Below, one piece after another: positions 27,601 to 38,200 of a stretch of 64,000 nt of DNA. Made by a program: the position numbers and the translations under genes. Within the stretch, counting starts at the first letter, position 1. Each line of letters opens with the position of its first letter. This DNA is from Phoronis australis (taxonomy: Eukaryota > Animalia > Phoronida): assembly GCA_002633005.1 (NCBI GenBank), contig NMRA01000340.1, positions 124,001 to 188,000 of the forward strand. The letters run 5' to 3'. The notes below the pieces were generated by a model that saw only the letters and a program-made list of their open reading frames with translations, was not told the origin of the DNA and did not search any database.

Positions 27601-30600
27601 TCGGCGCCCTCTGTGGTCTAGGTTGGGACCCAGAGACGCACTACTCTGCACTACCGGAGCATGACCTGGAGATAACGTTTGATACAAAGCTGGAAGGAGA
27701 AGAGGACAAGAATGAGATCATTGCCAGAGTAAGCTCAACCTGTGTGTTGATGTTCAGCTATCTGTTGTGTGCAGCTTTCATGGAATATTGATTCTAATAT
27801 CAGCCATGTATGCCATGTTTACAAACTGTTTATGGTATGCTTATAGAATGTATTGTGTAAATCATGCTTATAGAATGTATTGTGTAAATCGTGGCTATTG
27901 ACACTAACGCCAAAAGTTTAATACAGAAACAGTGCAAGCGGTGTGATACATGTTGCATCAGATGTGAGCTGGTCTGTCGTCCTCACCCATCACACCAGAC
28001 ATCTGGAACTAACAATACAACACATGTAGACATAATCAAATTAAGACTGAGCTGAGGAGCTAGAGACTTAACTCAAGGGTATAGCAGTCGGGTACAGTAG
28101 TGGAATTTGAACCTATGACTTTGTGAACAGAAGGGAGACAGTCAAGCCATAATTTACACCAGATATATGTTTCTTACTGTCTATTTTGTGTAGGTTGAAT
28201 CAAGTGCTGGTTTGGTTGTAACATTGCACCCACCCTAAAAATGGGGGCTTGAATTTTTGAACATGTGTACCTTTTACTAAGATTCACGGAGTATGTTCAG
28301 AGCTGTGAATTGTGCATTCGCAGAGTTTTGGTTGTTCTTGCCCTTTTAATGGAATTTTGTCTCATTTTTTACTTTCTTCGGAATTTTTGTTTCTCTGAGG
28401 CGAACCGTTTGGCCCACTTCGCTAGCCCCCCCTGTGGGTGCGCGCATGCATTACCTATCATTTTGCTGCCCTTTAGTTAGATGTATCCTGCAAGTTCTAG
28501 CATAAGGCATGGACTGTTATAATAATTACTGTGTATTGACATTTTAAACTGTACTTTGAACTAAGTCAAACTGCTGCCTGGTGTACTACTGTTTCTAATT
28601 TTTTGTGGGAGACCCAAAGTTGGTATGCTTAAGTGCTCATAAATTCTTTTTCGTCCTTAAAAAGAGGTTTGTGTTGACACTGTACTGGGAGACCAGAGTC
28701 ATTGTGTTCTGGAATGCCATCTTGTGGCCAAATTGTGACCATGTTGTCATGGCTTGTTGATTCAATTGTGTACAGATCAACGGCGTGCGCATGATTGTCA
28801 ACATAGCCCTGGACACACAGGAAGGAAATATTGACTGGACAGATGAGTTAATGCTCAAGATACAGAGAGAGGCTCAGACCAAGTTGTTGGAGTAAGTATT
28901 AATATTTATCATTTGACTGCCTGTGATCAAACGTGCTGTTGACATTTCTTAGAATAGATTGAGAAGATGAGTGCGCAATGCATGTCTGTGAACACTGATG
29001 TGTTTACTGATGTGTCTCAATGGGAGACTTCCAGGGAGTTGTGGAGATGTATAGCATGGGACTTGTGGCTGCCAAGTGACTTGTACCCAAGAGCACTGAT
29101 TGTTTGCAGCGGGTGACATAGGGGACATGTTGGATGTGAAAGAATCCGTCTACAGTGTACATGATTAAACGAGAGCCAAATAAACAAAAGTGAAATTGCC
29201 TCTTTATCCACTAGTCTAAGAACAAACTAGTATCCAGTCCCACATTGCTTTTTGAGTGTCTCCCATTGCTTACATGTGGTAATTTGTAGCTCATAAATGG
29301 TGTCTTAACTTAGCTTTTAACCTACCTTGTAGTGTCACAGATGAAGAGCTGTGTGTATGTGTAGAACGGCCCTGTCAACCAGTCTTTTAATTTATGATTT
29401 AGCCAGGGTGAATATCTGTTAACACGATATTACAGTAACATCAGTAACATGTAACTATTCAATAGGCTATTGCTGGCTCGCCGTGAATCAGTCACTCCTC
29501 AGAACTTCAACCGACCGTACAGGTGGAACCAGATTGAGTCGGATTACATCCTGTCGCATAAATTAGAGGATACGCCAGCTGACAGCCAGCGATTGTTGAA
29601 TCTCATTAACGCTGTGTTCCTGAATAAGACGGAGAGAGAGCTGAATGAGGATGAGATCCGTGAGAAGAAGCGACTGCATAGAGAGGAACTGCACAGGATT
29701 GTACAGAATAACAGGTATTGGGCAGGGGAAGGAGAGAAGTAACAGGTAGTGGGCAGGGGAAGGAGAGAAGTAACAGGTATTGGGCAGGGGAAGGAGAGAA
29801 GTAACAGGTATTGGGCAGGGGAACGAGAGAAGTAACAGGTATTGGGCAGGGGAACGAGAGAAGTAACTGGTATTGGGCAGGGGGAGAAAAATAACTGGTA
29901 TTAGGATGCATAGGGAGGAAGTGCACAACTACACACTCAGGATTTTACAGAACAACAGGTACTTGGTAGGGTAAGGAGAGAAATATTGGGGACAGGTAGA
30001 CATATTCTACACCACCTAGCAGCCATTTTTATAATTTTCAAGACAATAGTCTGTTTCTTAGTGTCGGCCTCTCTATGTGCTGAACTGCTCAAAGGATCTT
30101 TTAAGAAAATTGCTGATAATTGTCAATGACAATAGCCCAACTGTTGTTGATTTTCAGACAGGTCCGACTATTGTGCCACCCCCTAGTGGCAATTTTGTTT
30201 TTTTTTTGCATCCACAGTTGTATCTCCTACAACCCCTTGTCAGATATTCGTGAAATCTGTTAAGCTATATGAATGTGGCAGCAGTTATTTAATAATAAGT
30301 TCTTTTGGACGAATCAGACTACCACTGCACCTATTCTGTGTGTTTGCATTTGCCCCTCTGTCTTCGGAGTTCCTGAAAGAATGTTCATGAAATTTGGCAA
30401 ATACAAGGCTTGGAATGACCAATGACAAAAAAGCGGAAATTTTTACTGCCCAAAATATGCGCACCCAGCCTTGAAATAGTCGATGTGGACCGACAAAAAT
30501 TGGTAGGACTAAAAAAAAACGGTACCACCTCCAGAAGCGTGCGTCTGCGTCTTTTTAGCTCGTCCGTCCACTCCCACCTCCACATATTTTTGGCTGCAGT

Positions 30601-31244
30601 CGTAGTATTTGTCACCGCGGTTTACAATCACACAAGACGCCATTGAAGAAATCCACCACGCTATCCCAGATGCCCCGACAATGTTGACAATTTATGTTCC
30701 TCCGAAACATAAAGAGCAACTTCCGCTTTTCAAGGTGAAAGTCATCGGCAATGCCGCGGTAAGAAAGAAATTTGCTGCAGAAATTTTATTTATATCAAAT
30801 CTGATTTTTTTATGCGGAAATATAATAAAATACGCAGACAAAACATTTGAAAAAAGCGGAAATCCGCGTTTCCGCTGAAAATTCCAAGCGTTGCAAATAA
30901 GTTGTTATGAGAGAGATGAGGTCTTTCCATTTTGGAATAGTAGCAACATATTCTGCTCTCCCTCGTGGCCATTTTTATACTGATAAACACCCCTTGTTCT
31001 GATATTGGTACAGAACGAAATACCCCGATGTAAAGTTTAATAAATACTTCAAAGGAATTCAGTTGCTGTGAAACTGGTCTCCCTGTGGGTACAATGGTGA
31101 CACATTTTGCTAATCTTGGACTGTTTCAGAATCATGGAGGATATCCAGTGTATGTTGTGCAAGGTCACGTTGAGGGACGTGGCAGAACTCAAGTTGCACC
31201 TGACGACCCAAGGTCATCGCCGGCAAGAATTGATCATCTTGTAA
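3484..31244 (+). CDS. TDRD9: ATP-dependent RNA helicase TDRD9 / spindle-E (31 coding exons, ~1483 aa)
   Basis: Exons join in continuous phase with GT-AG sites (sum 4452 nt). N-term LTLEQIDDWFKIGK resembles human TDRD9 LTIEQINDWFTIGK. Motifs: Walker A GSTGSGKTT, TQPRRIAA, DEVH, SAT, STNIAESSITVPD, QRKGRAGR, HA2 region, Tudor (YYRARV..VFFVDFGN), C-terminal PGLPAISAMLFAPTVELR / LCGLGWD / PYRWNQ blocks. Confidence 0.96.
3775..5095 (+). mobile_element. 5'-truncated, frameshifted LINE reverse transcriptase (CR1/L2/Jockey-group-like) in TDRD9 intron 1
   Basis: [71 protein letters not shown] spread across frames. Confidence 0.9.
5988..6057 (+). CDS. TDRD9: TDRD9 exon 2
   Basis: TTGCAG acceptor; KAPDPRFQRNYADYYKQLENEAQ (cf. 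human YINKYRQLEAQE); GTTGGT donor. Confidence 0.8.
7549..7743 (+). CDS. TDRD9: TDRD9 exon 3
   Basis: TTTTAG..GTAAGA; ends LPIAKFRDQ. Confidence 0.9.
8190..8375 (+). repeat. Dispersed repeat, second copy at ~25888-26090
   Basis: Shared CCCTAGATT.GAGCTA.AAACTTGA..AACTCGA..ATTAGA.AGT.GTCCAC..TATGTACT.GAGC. Confidence 0.65.
8470..8691 (+). CDS. TDRD9: TDRD9 exon 4 (Walker A, motif Ia)
   Basis: GSTGSGKTTQVPQYILD, TQPRRIAA, VCGYQ. Confidence 0.95.
9280..9402 (+). CDS. TDRD9: TDRD9 exon 5
   Basis: DTRLLYVTTGVLLQKL..THVILDE. Confidence 0.95.
10752..10991 (+). CDS. TDRD9: TDRD9 exon 6
   Basis: VHER completes DEVH; VVLMSAT. Confidence 0.95.
11584..11687 (+). CDS. TDRD9: TDRD9 exon 7
   Basis: TTACAG..GTAAGG; KFDDMELQEQ. 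Confidence 0.88.
11684..11896 (+). repeat. ~40-bp minisatellite (~5 copies) starting at the exon 7 donor
   Basis: (AGGGTAAGG.TCAGGTCACCTGAATGGAATGTTGCTGGGGTCAAT)n. Confidence 0.9.
12586..12702 (+). CDS. TDRD9: TDRD9 exon 8
   Basis: RGTVLVFLPGLAEI (motif IV); GTGAGT donor. Confidence 0.92.
13931..14015 (+). CDS. TDRD9: TDRD9 exon 9
   Basis: VIPLHSSITKEEQARVF..GQRK. Confidence 0.93.
14609..14666 (+). CDS. TDRD9: TDRD9 exon 10
   Basis: VILSTNIAESSITVPDIKY (motif V). Confidence 0.95.
15093..15197 (+). CDS. TDRD9: TDRD9 exon 11
   Basis: IDFCLTRNLVCD..WASKANCTQRK. Confidence 0.95.
15565..15662 (+). CDS. TDRD9: TDRD9 exon 12
   Basis: GRAGRVSNGRVYRM (motif VI)..PEMQ. Confidence 0.95.
15742..16338. 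mobile_element. piggyBac-type MITE
   Basis: Perfect 12-bp TIR CCCTTATCCTGC/GCAGGATAAGGG with TTAA on both sides. Confidence 0.85.
16474..16605 (+). CDS. TDRD9: TDRD9 exon 13
   Basis: RCPLEQLILRVKLLDLGEP..IERTILLLKE. Confidence 0.95.
16961..17467. mobile_element. hAT-like MITE, copy 1 (6-bp TSD CGTATT)
   Basis: TIR CAAGGCTTGGAAT..ATTCCAAGCCCTG; inverted homologue at 30404-30893. Confidence 0.85.
18033..18195 (+). CDS. TDRD9: TDRD9 exon 14 (HA2)
   Basis: NPHDGDLTFIGRVLAKLPVD..GHVFGVLEECL. Confidence 0.95.
18636..18763 (+). CDS. TDRD9: TDRD9 exon 15
   Basis: AALSLQSF..SDCFAALHAYQ. Confidence 0.93.
19237..19329 (+). CDS. TDRD9: TDRD9 exon 16
   Basis: VWQ..W..FIQLKRIRE. Confidence 0.92.
20151..20270 (+). 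CDS. TDRD9: TDRD9 exon 17
   Basis: VEFLRKDLVDRL..LVLK; phase 0-0. Confidence 0.88.
20667..20774 (+). CDS. TDRD9: TDRD9 exon 18
   Basis: MVLAGAFYPNYF..DEE. Confidence 0.94.
21805..21908 (+). CDS. TDRD9: TDRD9 exon 19
   Basis: VKNLP..LFKKCG; GTGAGT donor. Confidence 0.9.
22312..22633 (+). CDS. TDRD9: TDRD9 exon 20
   Basis: AYIEF..AVYMAIKM; donor could alternatively be at 22630. Confidence 0.88.
23024..23134 (+). CDS. TDRD9: TDRD9 exon 21 (extended Tudor start)
   Basis: VLDCGHFWAQY. Confidence 0.92.
23345..23482 (+). CDS. TDRD9: TDRD9 exon 22 (Tudor)
   Basis: ICLAPY..YYRARVEEV. Confidence 0.92.
23756..23896 (+). CDS. TDRD9: TDRD9 exon 23 (Tudor)
   Basis: VFFVDFGNYE..IPFQ. Confidence 0.93.
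23968..24072 (+). repeat. 14-bp minisatellite
   Basis: (AGGCCTCAGTGTTA/G)n, ~7 copies. Confidence 0.9.
24530..24652 (+). CDS. TDRD9: TDRD9 exon 24
   Basis: AFECFLAGIKPS..WSAEAKRFF. Confidence 0.92.
25585..25722 (+). CDS. TDRD9: TDRD9 exon 25
   Basis: VYSVIHGTVRVEL..AEESFASK. Confidence 0.92.
26293..26477 (+). CDS. TDRD9: TDRD9 exon 26
   Basis: QNH..LHGPFSPLEM. Confidence 0.92.
27001..27207 (+). CDS. TDRD9: TDRD9 exon 27
   Basis: DSVNSV..RLMVAA..PGLPAISAMLFAPTVELR. Confidence 0.95.
27575..27728 (+). CDS. TDRD9: TDRD9 exon 28
   Basis: YIGALCGLGWD..LPEHDLEITFD. Confidence 0.94.
28776..28891 (+). CDS. TDRD9: TDRD9 exon 29
   Basis: INGVRMIVNIAL..QTKLL; GTAAGT donor. Confidence 0.9.
29466..29714 (+). 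CDS. TDRD9: TDRD9 exon 30
   Basis: RPYRWNQI; phase 2-2. Confidence 0.9.
29709..29905 (+). repeat. 31-bp minisatellite (~6 copies) containing the exon 30 splice donor
   Basis: (TAACAGGTATTGGGCAGGGGAAGGAGAGAAG)n. Confidence 0.9.
30404..30893. mobile_element. hAT-like MITE, copy 2 (6-bp TSD CAAATA), nested in a Helentron-family repeat
   Basis: Same TIRs, highly similar to the reverse complement of 16961-17467. Confidence 0.85.
31130..31244 (+). CDS. TDRD9: TDRD9 exon 31 (C2H2 zinc finger, stop)
   Basis: CMLCKVTLRDVAELKLHLTTQGH, then TAA. Confidence 0.88.
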
Positions 31245-32206
31245 GGAGCTTATCTCTCGTGGAGCCACGTTTTTGTGTGCTATGACAGTTGTCCATAGCG
31301 TGAATTAAGGGTCTTAACAGAATCTCTCATTGGCTCGCGTTCATCACCGGGGACGGGTTCAGCAGAAGTATACCAAAGCAACACCAGTTGACAATACAAT
31401 CATATTTAAGCAGCCAGTCCTTGTTGCTGCTCATGAAGGGCTTGCCATTAGACTGTTGACAATGTGTTTTCGTCACTTGGTTTTTAAGTGAAACATACTC
31501 TTAACTTAAGTGCAATCGTCATTAGTTTTCATGTGGTTTTTAAGTCATTTAGAGTTCATGGGCGGGAGGTTACATCGCCATACAGATTTCTTAGTTGTTC
31601 GACACGATGAAAAAGTCATCGAAACATGTCAATATTTGTTTCATAATTAAGACAAAAATAAACATTAAGTACGTTATAGTCACAGTTTTTTGCTTTGCCG
31701 TCGTACTCTTCCACTAAAGTCATTGAAGTTGAGAATCCTTCCAGAGAAAAGGAATTGGAAATTCTTAAGGTTGTGGTTGTGAAAACAGTATTATCTTGAG
31801 CTAGTTTTTTGTTTTTATTGTTTTTAGAGTGAAGGTTTGTTATTTTGACTAGCAAAGAGTTGACTTAAAGGCTGATGGATCTGGAAGAGTACAATTAATA
31901 GGAAGAATTAACAAGAAATAATGCTTATATCTACTTTATTAAGGCATTCACAAAACAATAATTGAGAAATACTGGTCTCCGCATTTCACATGGTCTCCGT
32001 AGCAAAACTTGCGGGGAGAAAATTAAACGTCACGAACAAAAAGTAGCATTGAATAAACACACTTCAGACTAAAAATATGTCATGGATCAAAAACGGGTAG
32101 AAAAATATAATATTATAACTTGTACATCCAAAAATATAGCACACTGCGACAGCTTTCCATATCCACAGCAACTTGGACATCATTTTTCCAGCACAGAAAT
32201 CTTTGA

Positions 32207-32248
32207 TTATACACTGGCCATGTGTTTCTCTATGTGTTTTCTTGCATT
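32207..32248 (-). CDS. ZNF106: ZNF106 last coding exon
   Basis: NARKHIEKHMASV*; supplies His ligands of the last finger. Confidence 0.85.
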   Translation of the reverse strand, partial: NARKHIEKHMASV

Positions 32249-35200
32249 CTACAAAAGATGAGCACAAGACTGATAACACATATACAACTCGTATTCAATT
32301 TTTCTGAAATAACTTCATTTTTACTACAGTGACTGATGGACAGAGTGTGCTAAGAATTTTGTATGATTATTGAGTGGAAATCTCTAAACATGCAATACAC
32401 AAAAGCTACGACAAATTTCAGAACGGGCAGTCAAGAGTTAATTTGGAAATCGTAGGTCACAATTGTATATTGGAATCTTCCCACCAATATTGTTAGTACA
32501 TTTGATAGCCTCTGATTGTAAACATGCATTTATTCAAAGTAAAGTTCAAATTTGGATACTGGTATTTGAAACAAGAAATTCTTTCAGAGATGTCCACCAC
32601 AGCTGTTTTTTTATTCGAATTTGTGAGAAACTTGAAGTAGAAAGAAATAGCACTGACAGAAGGCCGCTTAACCTGGGCATGACGTGTAGTTGACAATGTG
32701 CATATTACCGACATGGTTCATGTTTTTCAATGCCACTTGAAAATAATGTAAAATACCACATGCGTTCTTACTTAGGCTCATGTGCTATAAAGCTATTCCT
32801 AAGTCCACAATTAGGTGCATAAATAAAGTACTACACAACGTAGAAAATCAAAGTTGGACTTTTAAAAGTACAGTGCGAGTGAAGCTTAAATTATGGATAA
32901 TAAGCTCACAGAAAAGACCTAATTAATTTAGACGTGCTTGACAGTTGACTAAAACATTTTTTTTAGAAAAAATCTTTTGTAAATAGACACATGGGTCTAT
33001 TACATGAGTTGCTCTTAACACCAACCAATATATTTTTGGAATGAGCACAAACTCACCGTCTTGTCTTCACTGGTGGAGATCCACTCCTTACAGTCCTTCC
33101 ACAGACAGCGAATCACAGACTTGTTAGGTAGAATGTGCTGCACTACAACATGGTGGACGACGTGCTCCTTCAGGCCAAACACACTAGAGCAGCTCCCAAA
33201 CTGAAAAAAGTCTAGCACTACTACAATGCAGGCTTAAAATGAATGTATGAACAAAAAGTACAAGCCAGGGTAGATTCTTTTCAAAAAATCCAGTTTAAGA
33301 AAGCAATGCCACAAATGACAAACATAATTCATCAAATAAAAAGGCTAGAATTTCATTAATCTGCTTAGTGACATATCCTGGGAGACTTCAAACTGCCACC
33401 AATATCCCCCTTAAAGTGACACTACTGGCAACAATATTGTGCATTTGAGATCCACCCCAAGACGGATTTGAGCTCCCAACCTCAGCAGTCACAGTCTGAC
33501 ATTTTGCTAGTAAACCCAAAGCCAACGTCCTTTAAGCACATTTAACTGATAGGGTCACTGGCTTCAGTTTCAATGAATCCTAACAAATGGCTGGAAGCTA
33601 ACATCGGGAATTACGGATTTCTACTAAAATCACAAAAAAAGAGTCAACAGATTTTGCTCTTGTATTTCTCTAACAGTACTTAAAAACGTATGTCCTACCA
33701 AACAATACTCCCAAAAACCAACCGCTTCCCTTTAAATGCAACAGAATCAAAAGGAAGTCTTGACAACATAGGCTGCATATTGCATGCTGTTCTAGGAGCT
33801 GGTCAGGTCAACAGAACCACCACCAGGTCTTGTCAGAACCTATTACATCAAACACAGCAACTAGAGAGTCTAGCTGTGTGAACACTATCCTGGCCATAGG
33901 TAACTGGAGACAGAACAGTCTTAAATAATGTATTACCAGAGCCTTACCTGGCATTCATAGTGCTCTGTGGGTATTGGCACCCTGCCAATGACGCCTTTTC
34001 TATTGCCAGTGATTATCTAGGAAGTACAAGCAAAGTGATATTGAACAAACCAAGAGCTCCTCAAGAGACTGGCAAAGGATGTGCCAACAAAGTCAAATGA
34101 TACAAACAGGGGAGGTAATGCAGCCTGCGGATTACTTTGTGTTGTTCATGAAGTACAATTGACCTATAGCAATATCCGCCCCCTCGCAAAAATGTTTACA
34201 AACAATAAATTTTACCCGGGAACATGTTCGGGCCTCGGGCCTCTTCAGGAACACAAGTTTATAGCATCTCTTGGTTAAGTGATAATGTGACTGATCTCCA
34301 AATTAGTACATACCATGTCGTCCTTCACAATCATCGAAGTCAGCAGTTCGTTTCCAGAACCATAGATACACACTGTCGAGTTGTCCTATTGGGATGAAAA
34401 GGGTAAACATGCACAAAACCAGGTTGGTGGAAAACTGCAGAGGACACAAAAATAGCCAGAGCAGAGACAGACTCACAGACAGGTAAGAAGAGTTTAGTCT
34501 AGAGACCTCAGTAGAATTACTAGATATCATGTATATAATTGAAACGACAATCTGCAAAATTGGCGGACATTTAAAGTTGTGCAGGTTCCTAGAAAAATGT
34601 CCAAATTTGGCCGCTTGTAATATTACTTTGACATGATATCCAATGTGTTAACATTTGGAACATAATTAAACAACATCAATCCTGACTAGAAAAAACCCAT
34701 CACGAGCATCGTGGGATTTATTTTCTTTCAGCGGCCATCTTGAATAAGACACAACAGAAGCAGTGTGCTTAATAAACATGTTTTGAAGACAGCTGTCTAC
34801 GAGCCCAGCTGTCTATAATATTAACCATGCCAGAGTTAGATGTGAATTCATACAATGGAGCCAGAATTCTATAACCGTAGCCTCACCTGGAGGTTGAGAC
34901 AGTGCACAATGCCATCTAGTGAGCAGATGTAGATCTTCTTCTTGAGATAATGTAGGTCGGTGATCACGCCTCCCTTGTGCTTAATGACATGGATCAGTTG
35001 ACCAGTCTGTCAGGATGAGAACAGAATATCAACATGTTACTAAATGTGGATGGATACACAATACAGAGACTCAAAACCAAACTTACATTTTGTAGACTTC
35101 ATTAGAAATTCTTATCGTAACCAAGGGTTAATACTTAACCTTACAGTCAAGTATTTCATTGAAAAAGAAGAGCTCACATAAAATATTGAATACTATTGCA

Positions 35201-38200
35201 AGGAAATCTTTGTATTTTGACTACCAATTCTGCAAAAACATTTCATTTTGTCTTCGTTTTGTATTACAAGATTGATTGTAACAGAATTTGACAAAAAATC
35301 AGAAGATGTAGGAAATGGACCAATGATCAATCAGTTAAATGTTGTGAGTGATCCCTGGACCATGGGATTGTGACCAGGTAATGACCCAGGTATCATGACC
35401 AGGAATCATGACAACAAAATGATCTGGGGCAGGAATTGTGATGACAGAACAATCGAGAGATCACGGCCAAGAATTTCCCCCAAGGAACAATCATGAAATA
35501 GGAATTCGAGCCAAGGAATGGTCCAGGGAACACAAACATGGAGTAATACAGGGATTATGACCATTGCCAATTATTGAATTAACATGAGGGTGCTTTACAT
35601 TAACCAATCATAGCAATGCTAAAATGACCCAAGATCTATTGATGGTTAGTTAAGAGGAACTGCGAAGACCAACCCTTTTTGAGTACAGCATTGGCAACAG
35701 CATGAGTCAAAAGTAATCCATAGAAAATCAGTGACGTACATGAATGTCATGACACTGCAGCACTTTATCCACATCCCTAGAGGCACTGTAGAGCCACCTA
35801 TTGGCCAAGAACAGTCTGCCTGGGCCATGTGACGTGCCCTGAAGGTTCCTCAGCAGCAGGCCTGAGTTAGCGTCACGCACCGAGATGATACTATCCATGG
35901 AGGATATACAGAGCAGACGACGGGAACCCTCTGTGGCACACACCAGGCCACAGATGGCTTGCTCGGAGGACTTGAAGCCATCCATGCACTGCTTTGTCTA
36001 TAACAACAGAAATGTTTTCATGCTAACACAGTGACATAACCCAACAAATAGTGCTAATTGTACAACAGGCAGGTTGTCGTGGTAAAAAAGTGACTGTATA
36101 CCGAGTAACTTAGGTAATGATTGGCATACAAAGAAAATGTCATGTACATGATGCAGCAATACTGTACGACTGTAACTACAGTGAGTATTGGGTATTCAAC
36201 AAATATTCCCATAAACTAACAGGCAGTAGAAGTATCGTATGTGCGCTTATTTGGGTCGATGCACTTATATCCAAAACAATGCATTTTTTCAAAGAAAATT
36301 CTTTATTGGACAAGTGTTTTGCATACAGTGACAACCGCCTAAGCTTCACTTACGGGTGAAGACAACTGTCTTTGGAATATGTGCTCGTCTTAAACAATCC
36401 AAACAAAAAGAATAGTTACAAATTCAAAGTAATGGCGAGCAGCACTGCTGAACTAGCTGGCACTGTATTTAGCACATGGCAAACTTTAGTAACATTCTTT
36501 CTACTGTCTCCATACCACTAAGTTATGTTGATAGGGCCTGTCATATGTTAATACAGACAGAGTTGTAAGACGCAAGGAGTTCAACACCAATAGTTCAGTC
36601 ATAAACACAATATTGTAGAGTTAACATTGACCTACATTCAGCAGACTATCACAGGTAAGCCCAGCATGTGAGCACATTACCTTAGGGTTGAAGCACATCA
36701 CATTTCCGTTATTCAGGCCGACGTAAACGCGTGACCACTGTTCACACATGCAGGTGACTTCATCCGCGAATGAGGAAAGGCTGATTTGGGCACCGGTCTG
36801 TCAAAACAACAGAATGAAGGCTCACTGTAGAACTACACAACACTCTGTATAGTATGTAAAAAATACCACGACTAGTAACAACATTTGCACAAAAATGATG
36901 ATTTTGAAAGCGACATGTGTGTCTGCAGAGGTTTCCATGAAACTACTGTGAACTGACTCACCCAGTGGCTGCAGGGAAATTAGCATACATACAGATGTGG
37001 AGGGTTTTAGTTCACAATTATAACAACTGAACAGAGGAACCATCCACTGTCACACTTGAAAGCCAATGTTGTTTTCACACAAATGTTGTTATCAATGACC
37101 AGTACTAAATCACCTGGAAGAACAACCCAGACCTTTAAAGAAAGATTTTGTCATTATAGTGAATACTGGCTGCACCTTAAGCTAATTTTAAGTCCTCAAT
37201 GGACTTGGATACCAGACTGAAAAACCAAATACTGGTTCAAACTCACATTTACACTCACTACATCACAGGTCTCGAACTTTTGTGCAATTGGCTGGAAAAA
37301 AGCAGGTGGATTGGCTGAATTCAGAAGACAGGCAGCAGACCACACATTCGGTTTGATCTGACATGGAAAATTTCACAACTTTAAGACACTGCACAAAAAG
37401 AATTCAACTTGTGGAGACAGTGTGGCACAGCAGTTTGACCCCTGAACTCCTGTTTGGGAGACCCATGTTCGAATCTTGGCTTCACTGGCAGACAATCGAC
37501 CATTGCACAAAAGTGTCTCCTACTACTCTGAGCTCGGTCTTACTAGTGAGAGAATGAATGTAATAATACAAGTGAATAAATGTGCCAATTATTAAAATGT
37601 CAGTGATAATGGCCAGCAGCTAATGTTTTGTGTTTACTCTGAAAACTGACAATAATTAAAAAAAACACTGTTGTTAAAAGATTGCGACCTGTGGCTCTAA
37701 TGGTTTAGTCAAATAGCAAAAGAGGTTGACACCAACTCATCTGTTTTCTACCTCAGGTTTCACACTATTTTTGTTCCGTTTCGCATACTTTCCTGACAAC
37801 TCACCACCTTCAGCTCACCTGTTCATTGAAGACGATGAGCGACTTGTCTCTACCCCCTGTCAGCACCATCGTGCCACACTTGCGCGTCTCTGTGACCACG
37901 ATACAGTTGATGGCCTTCTTATGTCCATTGTAATGCTTTACCAGCTTGCCAGACTAAGAATTGAAAAAGGATTATGTTGATCTTAGACATACGCTTATAG
38001 TACAAGCCAAAAAGTATTCTGACAAAATGCCCCAGAATGTCCTGTCATGATGGCTGGACGGAAGCGAAATTCATAGTCAGAGTAGTCTCCCCTGATGACC
38101 GAGACTGATTGGGAATGAACAGGAAGTACAATAAGGTGGTTAAGCCACTCTGTAATCAAAATTTTACTCCCTAATAGTTTTTACCAGTAATTTTTATTGT

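Noticed and set aside
29709-29905. CRISPR-like regular repeat
   Set aside because: Head-to-tail copies without unique spacers; eukaryotic intron; no cas genes.
29563-29928. Minus-strand ORFs with repeated LPLPNTCYFSPSPAQY peptides
   Set aside because: Translations of the 31-bp minisatellite, antisense to TDRD9 exon 30.
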